DNA from: the human T2T-CHM13v2.0 reference genome, Homo sapiens
Assembly (NCBI RefSeq): GCF_009914755.1
Contig: NC_060946.1
Strand: one strand, 5' to 3'
Length of the DNA: 64,000 nt
The notes beneath the pieces are model-generated. The model had not been told where the DNA came from. It saw only the letters and a list, made by a program, of their open reading frames with translations, and ran no database searches. Positions 43,440 through 63,058 of this stretch are shown here, piece by piece; position 1 is the stretch's first letter, and each line of letters starts with the position of its first letter. Made by a program: the position numbers and the translations under genes.

Positions 43440-43930
43440 AAACCATTGACTGAAACTTTCTGTCAATCCAACACTTTTAGGGTAATTTAACTTAATAATA
43501 CCTTTGTCGGCACTGGCGCCTGTATCTGAAGGGTGATTACCATAGAAGTTATTTTAGGTTGTTTAATGTAATGTAGTAAATTCTCAATTGACAGGGCAGA
43601 TCCTCAAAATGGCTTTTCAAAGTGTTTACCTTTCAAAGCTTTCTCCCTCACTTTACCGAACTTACTACTTTGAGCCAGCGAAGACTTCATAAATTATTAG
43701 CAATTGTTCTCCCCCCTGTGTTCACATGCATCATTAATTCTTTGTAAAAAGTTCAAACTGTCCGGGGCTTAATTGTTATCACTTGGAGAACGGCTAGAAA
43801 TGGATGCAGGCTGTATTATTTCTGTCAAAAATTTTGACTTATTGCTCTTGATATTTTACCCATCACATCACATCCTCGGTACAGGAGAGAGGAAAAAGGA
43901 GAGGGGGAGGAGAAAGAACATAAATGCGTT
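43440..43930. promoter_or_regulatory. Candidate developmental enhancer / conserved non-coding element
   Basis: Repeat-free, AT-rich; TGACAG/CTGTCA x3, CATAAA, TGTTTAC, CTTTGT x2, multiple TAAT. Motifs only. Confidence 0.4.
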
Positions 43931-44349
43931 TTCTTGAAACAAAACAAATATAATAATACATATATTTCTGAGGAGAAAAGTCAAGGATTCATCTGACAAA
44001 ATAATAGTTTTAATCCTCCAAAGAGAGAGGAGGAGGGCAGCATTAGGGGGAAATTTCTATTGTAAATTCTATTGCCTCACACTGTACTTTTATTCTAAGT
44101 TTTGAAGGTTGTATAATTCTAGGAATCTAATGTTTAACGATTCTGAGATATTGAAATTTTATGAGTCCAAATTCCCAAGGTGTTTGATTTTAAGGATAAA
44201 TTAATCCCACCGTCCAGTATTCAGGACTGCTAAAAAGTATAGTAGAATTAGAAAGATATTGACAATAACCACAGAAATAGCTAAGCTTTGTTGAGACCTT
44301 AACCATATGCAGGCACTGTGCTGAGTGCTTCATGTGCAGCACCTTATTT

Positions 44350-44881
44350 TATTTTATTTTATTTTATTTTTTTGCTTTTGCTAATTTTTTAAAATTGTAC
44401 TTTAAGTTCTGGGGTACATGTGCAGAACGCGCAGGTTTGTTACATAGGTATACACATGCCAGGGTGGTTTGCTGCACCCATCAACCTGTCATCTACATTA
44501 GGTATTTCTCCTAATGCTGTCCCTCCCCTAGCCCCTCATCCCCCAACAGGCCCCAGTGTGTGATGTTCCCCTCCCCGTGTCCATGTATTCTCTTTGTTCA
44601 ATGCCCACTTATGAGTGAGAACATGCGGTGTTTGGTTTTCTGTTCTTGTGTTAGTTTGTTGAGAATGATTGTTTCCAGGTTCATCCATGTCCCTGTGATC
44701 CCATTACTGGGTATGTGTCCAAAAGATTATAAATCATTCTACTATAAAGACACATGCACACGTATGTTTATTGCAGCACTGTTCACAGTAGCAAAGACTT
44801 GGAACCAACCCAAATGCCCATCAATGATAGACTGGATAAAGAAAATGTGGCACATATACATGATGGAATACTATGTAGCGT
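44350..44881 (-). mobile_element. L1PA (PA7-like), 5'-truncated with 5' inversion, inserted in a MIR
   Basis: Antisense 3' end to ~44695, then sense ORF2 piece 44696-44879; TSD caccttattt (44340-44349, 44882-44891). Confidence 0.95.
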
Positions 44882-47467
44882 CACCTTATTTAATCTTCAT
44901 GTCACTGTAAAGTAGGTACTGTTATTAACCCCTTATATAGCTGGGAAAACTGAGGCACAGAGAGGGTAAGTAACTTACTCAGGGACACACAGCTGGTAAA
45001 AAGCAGAGTTAAACTCTGACTTCAGGCCCTGTGTGTGTAGAACTTAACGTATATTGTGCCCCATCTCAAGACACTGCTCTTTTGCCCCACCTGGCATGCT
45101 GTGGATCAGTGTAGAAGTGATCCACATTGGTATATGAGTCTATTGTCAGACTACCCCTGAGGCAACCCAGCCCTGACCTGCTTTTTGTTTGTGTTGACGT
45201 TGCTCATCCAGTCCAGCAGATCACCCTTTCCCATACATTCTACAAGGTCATCTCCTCCAAGAAGGCTTCAGTCCTGCCGCACCATCCTTTGAATCCTCAC
45301 AACAGTTGGTACCAGGGAAAGGGATAATGAGGCAGTCTAGTAGGCTGGCCAAAAGCATGGACTATGGGGTCAGATCCCTTCGGTTGGGATCTTACTTCTG
45401 CCAGTAAATCCATGCGCTAAGCTTCAGTTAGGCAAGCCATTTCAGCCTCAGCTTTCACATCTGTAAAATGGATATAACCACCCCTGCCTCACAGAACTGT
45501 TGTGAAGAGGAAGGGAGGTGCTCCAAGGGAGCTCTGTTTACTGCTTCACAACAGTCAGTGCTGAATACATGTTGGCTGTTGTTCTCTCTTGTCTTGTAGT
45601 GATCTCGTACTGAGAGTTTTGTACATTAAAGTATAAGAGTCAGTATTTTTTTTCCTAGTCAACATTTATTTTCAATGAGATTTGGGAATTTCCTTACCAA
45701 ATAATTCAAGGTGAAAGTATATTAAACTATATTTTTAAAAATTGTATTTTTGACAAGTGACCATTATATATATTTATGAGGTACAATGAGATGTTTTGAT
45801 TATGTTTATCTTGTGCAATGATTAAATCAAGCTAATTAACACATCACCTCATTTACTTATCATTTTTTGTGGTGAAAGCATTTAAAATCTTGTTTTTTTA
45901 GCAATTTTGAAATTATATATTGCATTATTGTTTATTATTGTCATCATTCTGTACAATAGGTCACTGAAGCTTATTCCTTCTGTCAGCTGAAACTTTGTAC
46001 CCTTTGATCACTCTCTCCTCTTTCTCTACCCACCTGCTTCCCCCAGCCTCTGGTAACCACCATTCTACGCTCTCAACTTCTTTAGATTTCACATATAACT
46101 GAGATCATGCAGTGTGTGTCTTTCTGTGTCTGGCTTATTTCACTTGGCCTAATGTTCTCCAGGTTCACTGAAGCAAATGACAGGATTTCCCTCATTGTAA
46201 AGGCTAAGTTGTATTCCATTGTGTACATACACCACATTTTTTTAATCCATTCATCTGATGTTGGACATTAAGGTTGCTTCCATATCTTAACTATTGTGAA
46301 TTACATTTCAATGAACATAGGAGTGGAAATATCTCTTGGGCATAGGATTTCAATTCCTTTGGATATACACCCCACATGGTAATCCTATTTTTAGTTTTCT
46401 GAGGAACTCCCATACTGTTTTCCATAATGGCTGTATTAATTTACTTTCCCACCAACAGTGCACAAGGGTTCACTTTTTCCATACCCACATCAACTTATTA
46501 TGTCTTTTTGATAATAGTATTCTAACAAGTTGTGATGATATATCATTGTGGTTTTAATTTGCATTTCCCTGATGATTAGCGATGACCAGCACTTTTTAAT
46601 TCCTCATTTGTCCATTCGTAGATCTTCTTCTGAGAAGTGTCTATTTAGGTCCTTAGCTAATTTTTTGATTGGGTTATTTATTTTCTTGTTATTGAGTTGT
46701 GTTTCTTATATATTTTTTATGTTAGCTCCTTATCTGATGTATGGTTTGCAGATATTTTTTCCCAGTCCTTGAGTTGTGTCTTTACTCTATCAGTCATTTC
46801 CTTTGCTGTGCAGAAACTTTTTAGTTTGATGTAACTTCATTTGTTTGTTTTTGCTTTTGTTGCCCATGCTTTTGGAATCATACCTAAGAAATATTTGCCC
46901 AGACCAATATTCTGGAGCATTTCTCCTATGTCCCCTCATAGATTCACAGACTCAGGTCTCATGTTTAAGTCTTTAATCCATCTTGAGTTGATTTTTGTAT
47001 ATGGTGTGAGGTAGGGTACAATTTCACTCTAATGCTTGTTGACATCCAGTTTTCCCAACACCATTAATTGAAGAAGCTATCTTTTCCCCATTGTGTGTTC
47101 TTGGTGCTTTTGTCAAAACTCAGTAGACCATAAATGTGTGGGTTCACTTCTGAACTCTGTTCTATTCTGTTGGTCAATGTGTCTGTTTATATGCCAATGC
47201 CATGCTTTGATTACTATAGCTATATAATAGATTTTGATGTCAGGTAGTGCAATGCCTCCAGCTTTATTTTTTTTTGCTCAAGATGCCTTTGGTTATTTGA
47301 GGTCTTTTGTGGTTCTATACAAGTTTTAGGATTGTTTTTTCTTTGCTGTGAAAAATGACTTTGAAATTTTGATAGAGCTTGCATTGAATCTGTACATCAC
47401 TTTGGGTAGTATGGACATTTTAACAATATTAATTCCCAATCCATGAACACAAAAACATTTCCATTTC

Positions 47468-48296
47468 CAGTCATGCACTCCATAATGACATTTCAGTTAG
47501 ACAATGAACTGCATAGACAAAAGTGGTCTCCTAAGATTATAATGGAGCTGAAAAATCCCTGTTTCCTAGTGACATCTTGATGATCCTGACCCTGTGTAGA
47601 TAACTAGGCTAATGTGTGTGTGTGTCTCCTAGTTTTTAAGAAAAAAGTTTAAAAAGTAAAAAAAAAAAAAAAAAAAACTAGAAAAAGCTTAAAGAATAAG
47701 TATATAAAGAAAGAAAATATTTTTGTACCTTGTATAATGTGTATTTTACACTATTATCACAAAAGAGTCAAAAAGTTAATAAAATTAAAAATTTTATGAA
47801 GTAAAAATGTTGCCATAATGCTAAGGTTAATTTATTATTGAATAAAAAATGTTTTAACCTAAATTTAGGGCAACCTAAGTGTTCAGTGTTTATAAAGTCT
47901 GCAGTAGTGTACAGTAATGTCCTAGGCCTTCACATTTATTCAGCATTTACTCACTGACTCACCCAGAGCAACTTCCAGTCTGCAAGTTCCATTCCTGCTA
48001 AGGGCCCTGTACAGTTGTACCATTTTTTATCTTTTATACTGTATTCGTATTGTACCTTTTCTATGTTTAGATACACAAATACCATCATGTTAAAATTGTT
48101 TATGGTATTTATTGCAGTTATGTACTGGATGTGTTGGTAGCCTAGGAGCAGTAGGCTCTACTTTGCAGCCTAGGTGTGTGGTAGGCTATTCCAGCTGGGT
48201 TTGTACAAATATACTCTATGATGTTTGCACAGAAACAAAATTGCCTAACCACACAGTTCTTAGAACATACTCCCATCATTAAGTAACACATGACTA
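47468..48296. mobile_element. Tigger3/MER7-like TcMar-Tigger DNA transposon nested in L1
   Basis: TIRs cagtcatgcactccataatga / tcattaagtaacacatgacta, followed by TA; host L1 reads through across it. Confidence 0.88.
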
Positions 48297-48371
48297 TATT
48301 TGTGTCTTCTACATTTTCTCTCAGCAATGTCTTATGGTTTGTAGTATACAGATCTTTCACCTTCTTGGTAA

Positions 48372-48688
<317 letters not shown>

Positions 48689-50646
48689 TACTCCTAAGTA
48701 TTTTAGCTTTTCTTTTTGGGACTATTGTGAGTGCGTTAGATTTCTTAATTTCTTTTTCAGATAGTTGATTGTTGGTGTAAAGAAATGCTGCTGATTTTTG
48801 TGTATTGATTTTGCACACTGCAAATTTACTGAGTTTGTTTGTCAGCTCTAACAATTTTTTTCATGGAGTCTTTGGAGTTTTCTGCATATAAGATCATGTC
48901 ATTAGCAAACAGACTATTTCCCTTCTTCCTTTCCTATTTGATTGCCTCCTATTTCTTTTTCTTGTCTAATTGCTCTGGCTAGAACATCCAGTGTTGTGTT
49001 GACTAGAAGTGTTGAGAGTGGGCATTCTTGTCTTGTTCCTGATCTTAGAGGAAAAGTTTTCAACTTTTCACCATTGTGTATTATGTTATTGGTGGGTTTT
49101 TCATCTATGGGCTTTGTTGTGTTGCAGTACATTCCTCCTATTCCTAAAAAAGGATGCTGAATTTTGTCAAATGTATTTCTGCATCCATGAAGATGACAAC
49201 ATGATTTTTATCCTCCTCTTAATATGCCATATCACATTTATGGATTTGCATATGTTGAGCCAAGGATCAATATATTATGAGCATTTACTATGGGATCAGT
49301 GTCTGTGTTGAAGGTTTTCTGTTTGTGACATCACTTGACCTTCATGACCATTCTCTGAGCCAATGAATACTCCATTCTGCAAATGATGAGACTGAATCTC
49401 AGAGAAGTTAATCATCCTGACAGTAGTGGGAAGCCTGTGTTTGTCCACTTTTCTGCAGTGCCAAAAAGGGAGAGTGATGTCTTTCTCTTCTCTGTGTCCT
49501 CCTCCAGAAGCTCAATGAAGAATATCTGGGAGAAGTCCCCTGGCTGACCATTGTCCTATTTTTGGACCTTGGTCAGGGAGGTAGAGACATTGTCTGTCTG
49601 TGTCAGGTGCTGGTAAGCAGCAGTGCTTCTTGGATGACTCTAGTGAGGTGCTTGGATTTTATGCACCGCCTTCTGCTTGTTTCTCTCTTGTTGCTGATCT
49701 TCATGGGCTTCCTTTCTTAATGAGGCAGAAAGAGAGAAGGGCAGGAGTTTCTTCTGGATTGAGGGTATGGGAGGGTGGGAACAGTTGGGCCAGGAGTCAG
49801 AACACAGGGGCTTGAGTTGTGGCCTTGTCATCTGTATGACTTTGGGAACATCCCTTTCTCTTTGTAAACACTGGTTTCGATAACTGCAAAAATATATGCA
49901 TTAGATGAACATCTCAGCGGCTCTTCCATACTGCTTCTGTTTTGAAGCAGTGGAACCAGCTACTCTAATGAAATCATTATCAGAAAGCCTTACACTTAAG
50001 TCAGATACAAGAGGAGTGGCTATGGATGGAGAGGGAGTAGGGGTGTTGATTCCACTCCCTCGCCCCACTCTGGTCCCCGAGGTACTTTCAATGAGCACCA
50101 GTGTTCCATAAAGTACAGTTTAAAAAGAGATAACCAAATCATCTCTGACCTACGCATTTCAGTGCTAAGCGGGTACAGTGGTCTTGGCCATTTGTTTTAT
50201 ATCTGCTTTGGAATATGGCTGTACAATTCTCCCCAGTTCACAAACCTGCCTCTGCCCCAAGTCCTGTGTGTGGACTCTCAGGTCCCTATGTTGCCATCTT
50301 TCTAGATGCCTCTTTGCTTTATTGCTGAGTGAGGAAGTGCCACTATCAACAAAGGAGGTGAGAACATTTTGGCAAATCATAGCACATCAGAGATTGTCTG
50401 GGCTAGTGGTCTACATGTTGGTGTCTTGGTAGGTTTCATGGAAGGAAGAGGAAGGGTGGGGGCCCACCATCCCTGCTTTTACAGAGCACCTGCACTCTGA
50501 TTTCCTTCCATATGAAACTGAGCTTTTAAAATTAGTTTTGCTTTTAAAATTAGTGTTTTATTTTCCTCTGTTTCACACAGAAAGTGGTAGAGACTAATAC
50601 AGAGGAATGCTGAAGCTGGTTCATTCTGGCTCACAAGAACCTATTG

Positions 50647-51321
50647 TTCTGGAGAGGATGTGGAGAAATAGGAACACTTTTACACTGTTGGTGGGACTGT
50701 AAACTAGTTCAACCATTGTGGAAGTCAGTGTGGCGATTCCTCAGGGATCTAGAACTAGAAATACCATTTGACCCAGCCATCCCATTACTGGGTATATACC
50801 CAAAGGATTATAAATCATGCTGCTATAAAGACACATGCACACGTATGTTTATAGCGGCACTACTCACAATAGCAAAGACTTGGAACCAACCTAAATGTCC
50901 AACAACGATAGACTGGATTAAGAAAATGTGGCACATATCCACCATGGAATACTATGCAGCCATAAAAAATGATGAGTTCACGTCCTTTGCAGGGGCATGG
51001 ATGAAACTGGAAACCATCATTCTCAGCAAACTGTCAAACTATTGCAAGGACAGAAAACCAAACACCGCATGTTCTCACTCATAGGTGGGAATTGAACAGT
51101 GAGAACACATGGACACAGGAAGGGGAACATCACACACCGGGGACTGTTGTGGGGTTGGGGGAGGGGGGAGGGATAGCATTAGGAGATATACCTAATGCTA
51201 AATGACGAGTTAATGGGTGCAGCACACCAACATGGCACATGTATACATATGTAACAAACGTGCACATTGTGCACATGTACCCTAAAACTTAAAGTATAAT
51301 AATAATAAAATTAAAAAAAAA
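50647..51321 (+). mobile_element. Young 5'-truncated L1PA (PA3/PA4-like)
   Basis: ORF2 C-terminus (CWWDCKLVQPLWKSVWRFL...), complete 3'UTR with 'atgacgagttaatggg' (not the L1HS-Ta ACA), poly(A), exact 12-bp TSD aagaacctattg (50635-50646, 51322-51333). Confidence 0.97.
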
Positions 51322-51479
51322 AAGAACCTATTGCGTGCAGCTTTTCCCCTACTCTGTAATCAGTGAAATCAAATTGATAGCTTGGAATTGGCCATGGTGG
51401 GAGTATTTACATCATAAAAATTGGCCAACACTACAAATCAGGGTTTTCTCCTAGAAAAGCCAGTTGTTAAACATTTACC

Positions 51480-51794
<315 letters not shown>

Positions 51795-51799
51795 CTAAT

Positions 51800-57020
<5,221 letters not shown>

Positions 57021-57608
57021 TATTGTAATACATTGTACTTAATAACTTCACTGAGTTACAACAGACATACAATATACTGCTGATTTTTAAGGAGCACCGT
57101 TTGATAAGTTTTGACATATTTATTTACCTGTGAAATCATCACCACAGTTAAGGTAATGAACATATTCATCATTTCCAAATTTTCCCTGTGCTCCTTTTTA
57201 GTTTTTCTCTTGCTTCTTTTTAGTTTTTCTCTCCTATCTTTCCACCCCAACTCTCCAACTCTAGGCAATCACAGATTTCCTTTATGTCACTATGGACTAT
57301 ATAAATACTGTCTGTAAAGTACTCATATGGTATGTACTCTTTTTATTTTCTGACTTCTTTCACATAGCAGAATTATTTTGAGATTCGTCCATATGTTTTA
57401 TGTATCAACAGTTTCTCTCTTTTTTTTTTTTTTTTTTTTTTTTGCTGAATAGTATTTCATTATATAGATATACCACAATTTTTTATCCTTTCATATGTTG
57501 ATGGACATTTGGGTTGTTTTCAGTTTTGAGGTATAACAAATGAAGCTGCCATGAACATTTACATACAAGTCCATGTAGGTACATATGCTTTGTTTCTTGG
57601 GTAAATAC

Positions 57609-58474
57609 TGTGATGGTTAATTTATGTATCAATTTTTTACTGGGCCACAGTTTGCCTAGACATTTAGCCAGACATTATTCTGAGTGTATCTGAGGGTGTT
57701 TCTGGATGATGTTAACATTTGTATTGGTAGACTGTTAGTCCATTTGTGTTGCTATAAAGGAATACTTGAAACTGGGTAATTTATAAAGAAAAAAGGTTTA
57801 TTTTGGCTTAGGATTCGGCAGGCTGTACAAGAAGCACAGTGCTAGCATCTACTTCTTGTGAGGGCCTCAGGAATCTCACAATCATGGCAGAAGGCGAAGG
57901 GGCAGCAGGTGGTTACATAGTGGGATAGGAAGCAAGAGAGAGGTGGAGGTGCCAGGCTCTTTTAAATAACCAGATCGCATGTGAACTCATTACTGTAGGG
58001 ATGGCACCTGCCATTCACAAGAGATCTGCCCCCATGACCCAAACACCTCCCACTAGGTCCCACCTTCATATTGGAGATTACATTTCAACATGAGATTTGG
58101 GTAGGACAAATATCCTAACCATAACACCCTCCATTATGTGGGTTGACCTCATCCAACCCATTGAAGATGAGAATAGAACCAAAAAGAATGAGTAAGAGGG
58201 AACTCCTCTTGCCTGAATGCTTGAGGTGGGCCATTGGTTTTTTACTCGTGTTTGGACTCAGACTGAAACATCTGCTCTCTTAGGACCTGAAATAAAACCA
58301 TACGTTGGCTCTCCTGAGTCTCCACCTTCTTGACTGCAGATTTGGGACTTCTCAGCCTCCATAAATATGTGAGCCAACTCCTTATAATAAATCTCTTTCT
58401 ATGTGTGTATGCGTGTATAAGTATAAGGTTGGAAATATATTGGTCTGCTTCTGTGGCAAACCCTGACTAATTCA
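57609..58474. mobile_element. MLT2 (ERVL) solo LTR
   Basis: tgtgatggttaattt ... accctgactaattca; TSD aatac / aatat. Confidence 0.9.
57733..58126 (-). mobile_element. MST (MSTA/B-like) MaLR LTR nested in MLT2
   Basis: 'ttagtccatttgtgttgctataaaggaatac', 'aatcatggcagaaggcgaagg', 'catttcaacatgagatttgg'. Confidence 0.92.
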
Positions 58475-59913
58475 AATATCCAGGAGTGGAATGACTGTAT
58501 CATATGGTAGGTGTGTGTTTAAATTTCTGGAAGTGGTTCAACTCTTTTCCAAAGTTGTTGTTCCATTTACGTTCCCACCAACAGTGTATTAGAGTTCCCC
58601 TTGCTCCATGTCTTTACCAACACTTAGTATGATCAGTTTTGTTTTTAAAGTTCAGTCATTTTCGTAAGTGTGCAGTGGCATATTATTGTGATATTAATTG
58701 TATTTCCCTAATGACTAAGGATGTTGACTATCTTTTCAAGTGTCCAAAGAAGATATAGTAAATAGCAAATAAGCACATGAAAAAATATATGAATGAACAC
58801 GAGTGGTCATTCAACTCCTAGATATTTGTATTAGTCAAATTATACATATATAAAATAATGTGTATTATGTATATAATATGTCTGTTATATATACATATAT
58901 ATAATATATATTATATATATATAGCTCTGAGGTTTGGGGAGTATCCTCAAGTTAGAAAGTCACAAACTGCAATTTCTATCACTTTTAATTGCATTTTTCA
59001 AGATCAAATTCATCTCTAGTGTCTTTAAATAGATTTTATTTTATCTAGTGTTTATATTTGTTATCTGTAGGAGGATTCACTCCTCTGTCATTTAAAAAAG
59101 TCTGCATTCATTGAGTTCTTAATTTTAAATATTTTATTTTCAGTTCTAGAATGTACCTCTGATTCTTTTAAAAAATAGGCTCCATTCTTTTTTGGTGAAA
59201 TTCTTTATTTTCTAATCTATTTTGTTAAAAATTGTAGTTATTAAAAGTCCTTGTCTGCTAATTATAATAACTTTACCAACTGTGATTCTTCTTCTAGTGT
59301 CTGTTTTTTATTTCATAGCCTCTTGCATATTCACATGTCTAGTACTTTTACATTTTATGTTGGAAATCGTAAATGATAGAATGTTAGAGTTTCCTAAATT
59401 ATCATCTGCCAGAAGATAACACGATGGCCTTTACTCTGTTAGATGGGGTGGAGTGCTAATCACCTCAATCCAACAAGCACTTGTATTTGCAGTTGTGAGG
59501 CTGCAGGTTCAATGAGGTCTAGTCTACCTTTGATCTGCCCTGTTTCTGGGGCATTGGCATGGCCCTCTAATGTTTTTAACTGAAAGTCTAGCGGATATTT
59601 TTATCCTCAGTTTTGCCAGCCTCAGGAAGATTCTGTTCTGCCCTTCAGAGGTTTTCAGTATAGCTCTTTAGTCTTATACCCACACAACTTCAATTTTAAC
59701 GTGTGTCTTAGGGGGGAATCTATCCGTGTGCTTGCGACCCTTTGGTCTCCGGTTGCTTACAGCTGTTTTGATTGAATGTCTACATCTCTGCTGATTCCTC
59801 ACTTCCCCAACAGTTTTCTTCTCCTAGGATCCAGTCCTGAGATCTCAGCTGCCAGCTATTCCTGAATAAGCAGATGCTCCCGGGGAAAGGGCCCTTGCTC
59901 CTCTGTGTTCATG

Positions 59914-60025
59914 GAGGTGACCAACCATGCTAGTTTGCCTGGGACCGAGTGGGTTCTTGACACACAGGACCTTCTGCTTTAAAACTGAAATAGACCCAGG
60001 CAAACCAGGCTGAATTGGGCACTCT
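59914..60025. mobile_element. MER81/MER94-like hAT-Blackjack MITE
   Basis: 'ggtgaccaaccat...gtttgcctggg' pairs with 'cccaggcaaac...ttgggcactct'. Confidence 0.65.
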
Positions 60026-60122
60026 CATGTCGATGCCCCATTCATTTTGGTACTTTTCTCTCTGGTTCTCCTGTTTCTAGTTTACCATCCCCCTTTTCAT
60101 GGAGGGTCTTTTCTCTTAAGTA

Positions 60123-60440
60123 TAGCAAGCCCTTGAGATCTGCAGGTTCCACATTTGCAGACTCAACAAGCCCTGGATACAAATACTTAGACAAGAAAAA
60201 CAGTAAAAAATAATACAGCAATTTTAAAAACGCAAATAAAAGACAAGACAGCCATAACTATTTACATGGTATTTCCGTCGTATTAGGTGTTATACCTAAT
60301 CTAGAGATGATTTAAAGTATACCGGAAGATGTGTGTATGTAGATTAAGTAAGGGACTGGAGCTTCCTCAGATTTTGGTATCCATGGGCAGCGGGATGTGG
60401 GTCCTAGAGCCAATGCTCCATGGATACCGAGGGAAGACTG
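60123..60440. mobile_element. MER2-like TcMar-Tigger element
   Basis: 'taatctagagatgatttaaagtatac', 'gattttggtatcc', 'ggataccgagggaagactg|ta'. Confidence 0.88.
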
Positions 60441-60883
60441 TATTGCGATCCTGTGGGAAATTTCACTCTGCTTTTCAGAAGCTTTTGGCCTTGCTCTTTG
60501 GCCTCCCAGGAAGTAGTAGTGGAAGTCATTACAAAACACATTGTGGGTAGAGAAAACCGGCCTTTCAAATTTCAAATTTTATCACCATAGTCCCACAACT
60601 GCCAAAAGCTTTGCTTGTTTCTCCAGTGCTACGCCTCACATATTGGCCACCAAGAGTGAATAATTTATTAACATCACTTCCTTTTTTCATATGATAACAT
60701 TATTTTGAATAATAACCATGTAACAATCAGGAATAATCATTATTTTGGTCTTACAATAAATACTTTTAAAAATTTAATCGTTAATTAAGTTTTTCCATTT
60801 TTAAAGTACTCTTTACATTCAATATTTTCCTTGTGAACTAAACTTCGTACTTACTAAACAAAACTATTACTTCTTATAGCTAA

Positions 60884-61181
<298 letters not shown>

Positions 61182-61678
61182 TATGCTCTATTTTTAAATT
61201 TAACAGTTTTAAAATTTAACATAGGGAAAAACTCCAAGTGGCCTCATATAGAATGATGGAATTTAAGTAACTCAAGTTCTTTACTACCGTGGCTTATTTG
61301 AAATCTATTATTTAAGTGAAGGAATATGGAGTAGTGTAGAGGTGAGAGACACAAAGTTCACCCCAAATAAGCACAGATGACTCTAAGTCATTATGAACTT
61401 AATTTTGAATGAATGTCTTTGGTCAAATTTGTATATAGTCAAAGCTGACTATACAATTGAGTTTTCTGAATTAGCTTCCATGTAAAATACAATATTTATT
61501 AAAAGATAAGTTTAAAAATGTGCTAATTTGAAGTTTACATTTATGACTAAACCTTAACACTAAGTACAGCAATTGTTTAGAACTTATAAAAAATAATTGG
61601 TGGGGGGGAGTATTTCATCTCTGAAATTGTTTAGAATTACTAACTCATGGTGATAACGAAAAGCAGATTGATGTTTAG

Positions 61679-61980
<302 letters not shown>

Positions 61981-63058
61981 TATTGCTTTTATGTTCTCTA
62001 CAGTCTCTGCATGCCTCTGTTGGCTGCCATCGGGGGCAGACCACTCCCACTGCCCATCCTTGGACTCCACTGTTTTGGTTTCCCTGGGCAGTTACCCTCT
62101 GTCTGGGCAAGTGAAGATTCTCAGCCTGAGCCCAATATCAACAATGTTCCAGGCTGAAACAGCAGTAGCCAATTGTCTGCCCATTTCTGAACGGTTCTTA
62201 CTATTCTGGAACTGTAGTCCTTATACTTTTTTTCTTTGCTTTCACAGTTCTGGATTCCCTTAAAAATACTATTTCTGTGTTAAGTGTTTTCTAGCTGTCA
62301 GCACACATGCTGTCTTACCGTGACCTATTATATCTTTCTTGGAAACAGAAGGCACTACTGGTTTTTGAATGCTGATCTTATATTTTGGAATCTCACTGAG
62401 TGTTCTTATTAGTCGTAAAGCCTTATCTATAAATTCTCCTGGAAAGTTCCCTTCAATCCTTCTTTTAATGACAATTTGAATTATAAATGAGGATTGAATT
62501 TTTTCAAAATTTTTTCAGAATGGATTTAGCGAATTATGCGAATTTCTCATTTAATGTGATGTATTATACAATAAGTTTTTCTGATATGGAACCATCCTTG
62601 CATTTCTTAGATTCACCCTATCCTTTCATAATGTATTTTCTAAAATATTACTGAACCTGACTTCCTAGTTTTCCATTTTACACTTTCATGTCTATTTTTC
62701 TATAGATTTCTTTACTTTTGTATTATTCTTAGTGGATTTTGGTATAAAGGTCTTATTAGCCTCAAATGAATTTGAATTATGCCCCACCTTTCTCATTCTT
62801 TAATGCATAGACTATTGGATTTACCTGTACATTAAAGGTCTGACATAACAGGTTTATAAAATGTTAAGCTCCCAGGGAATGAGGTGCGATGGTCAGGAGA
62901 GGGGATAATAATAGATTTTGTACAATGTTTAATGGATATTAGACTTTTAAGTCTAACATTTTTTTCTTCTTCTGCCAACTTTGGTCATTTTTATTTCTTT
63001 CAAATCATTTTATTTAAGTTTCAAATGTATTGGTAAGTATGCTGCTTGTAGTATTTTT

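Larger units (their letters stand above)
57025..58790 (-). mobile_element. L1MC-like 3' element hosting MLT2/MST, with short terminal inversion
   Basis: Antisense L1 3' end continuous across the LTR insertion (cttgggtaaatac | caggagtggaatg). Confidence 0.8.

Noticed and set aside
44560-44910. 116-aa ORF
   Set aside because: Chimera of antisense L1 3'UTR and the inverted ORF2 segment.
50644-51084. 146-aa ORF with a clearly protein-like sequence
   Set aside because: C-terminal piece of L1 ORF2 in a 5'-truncated, frameshifted copy; no promoter or true ATG start.
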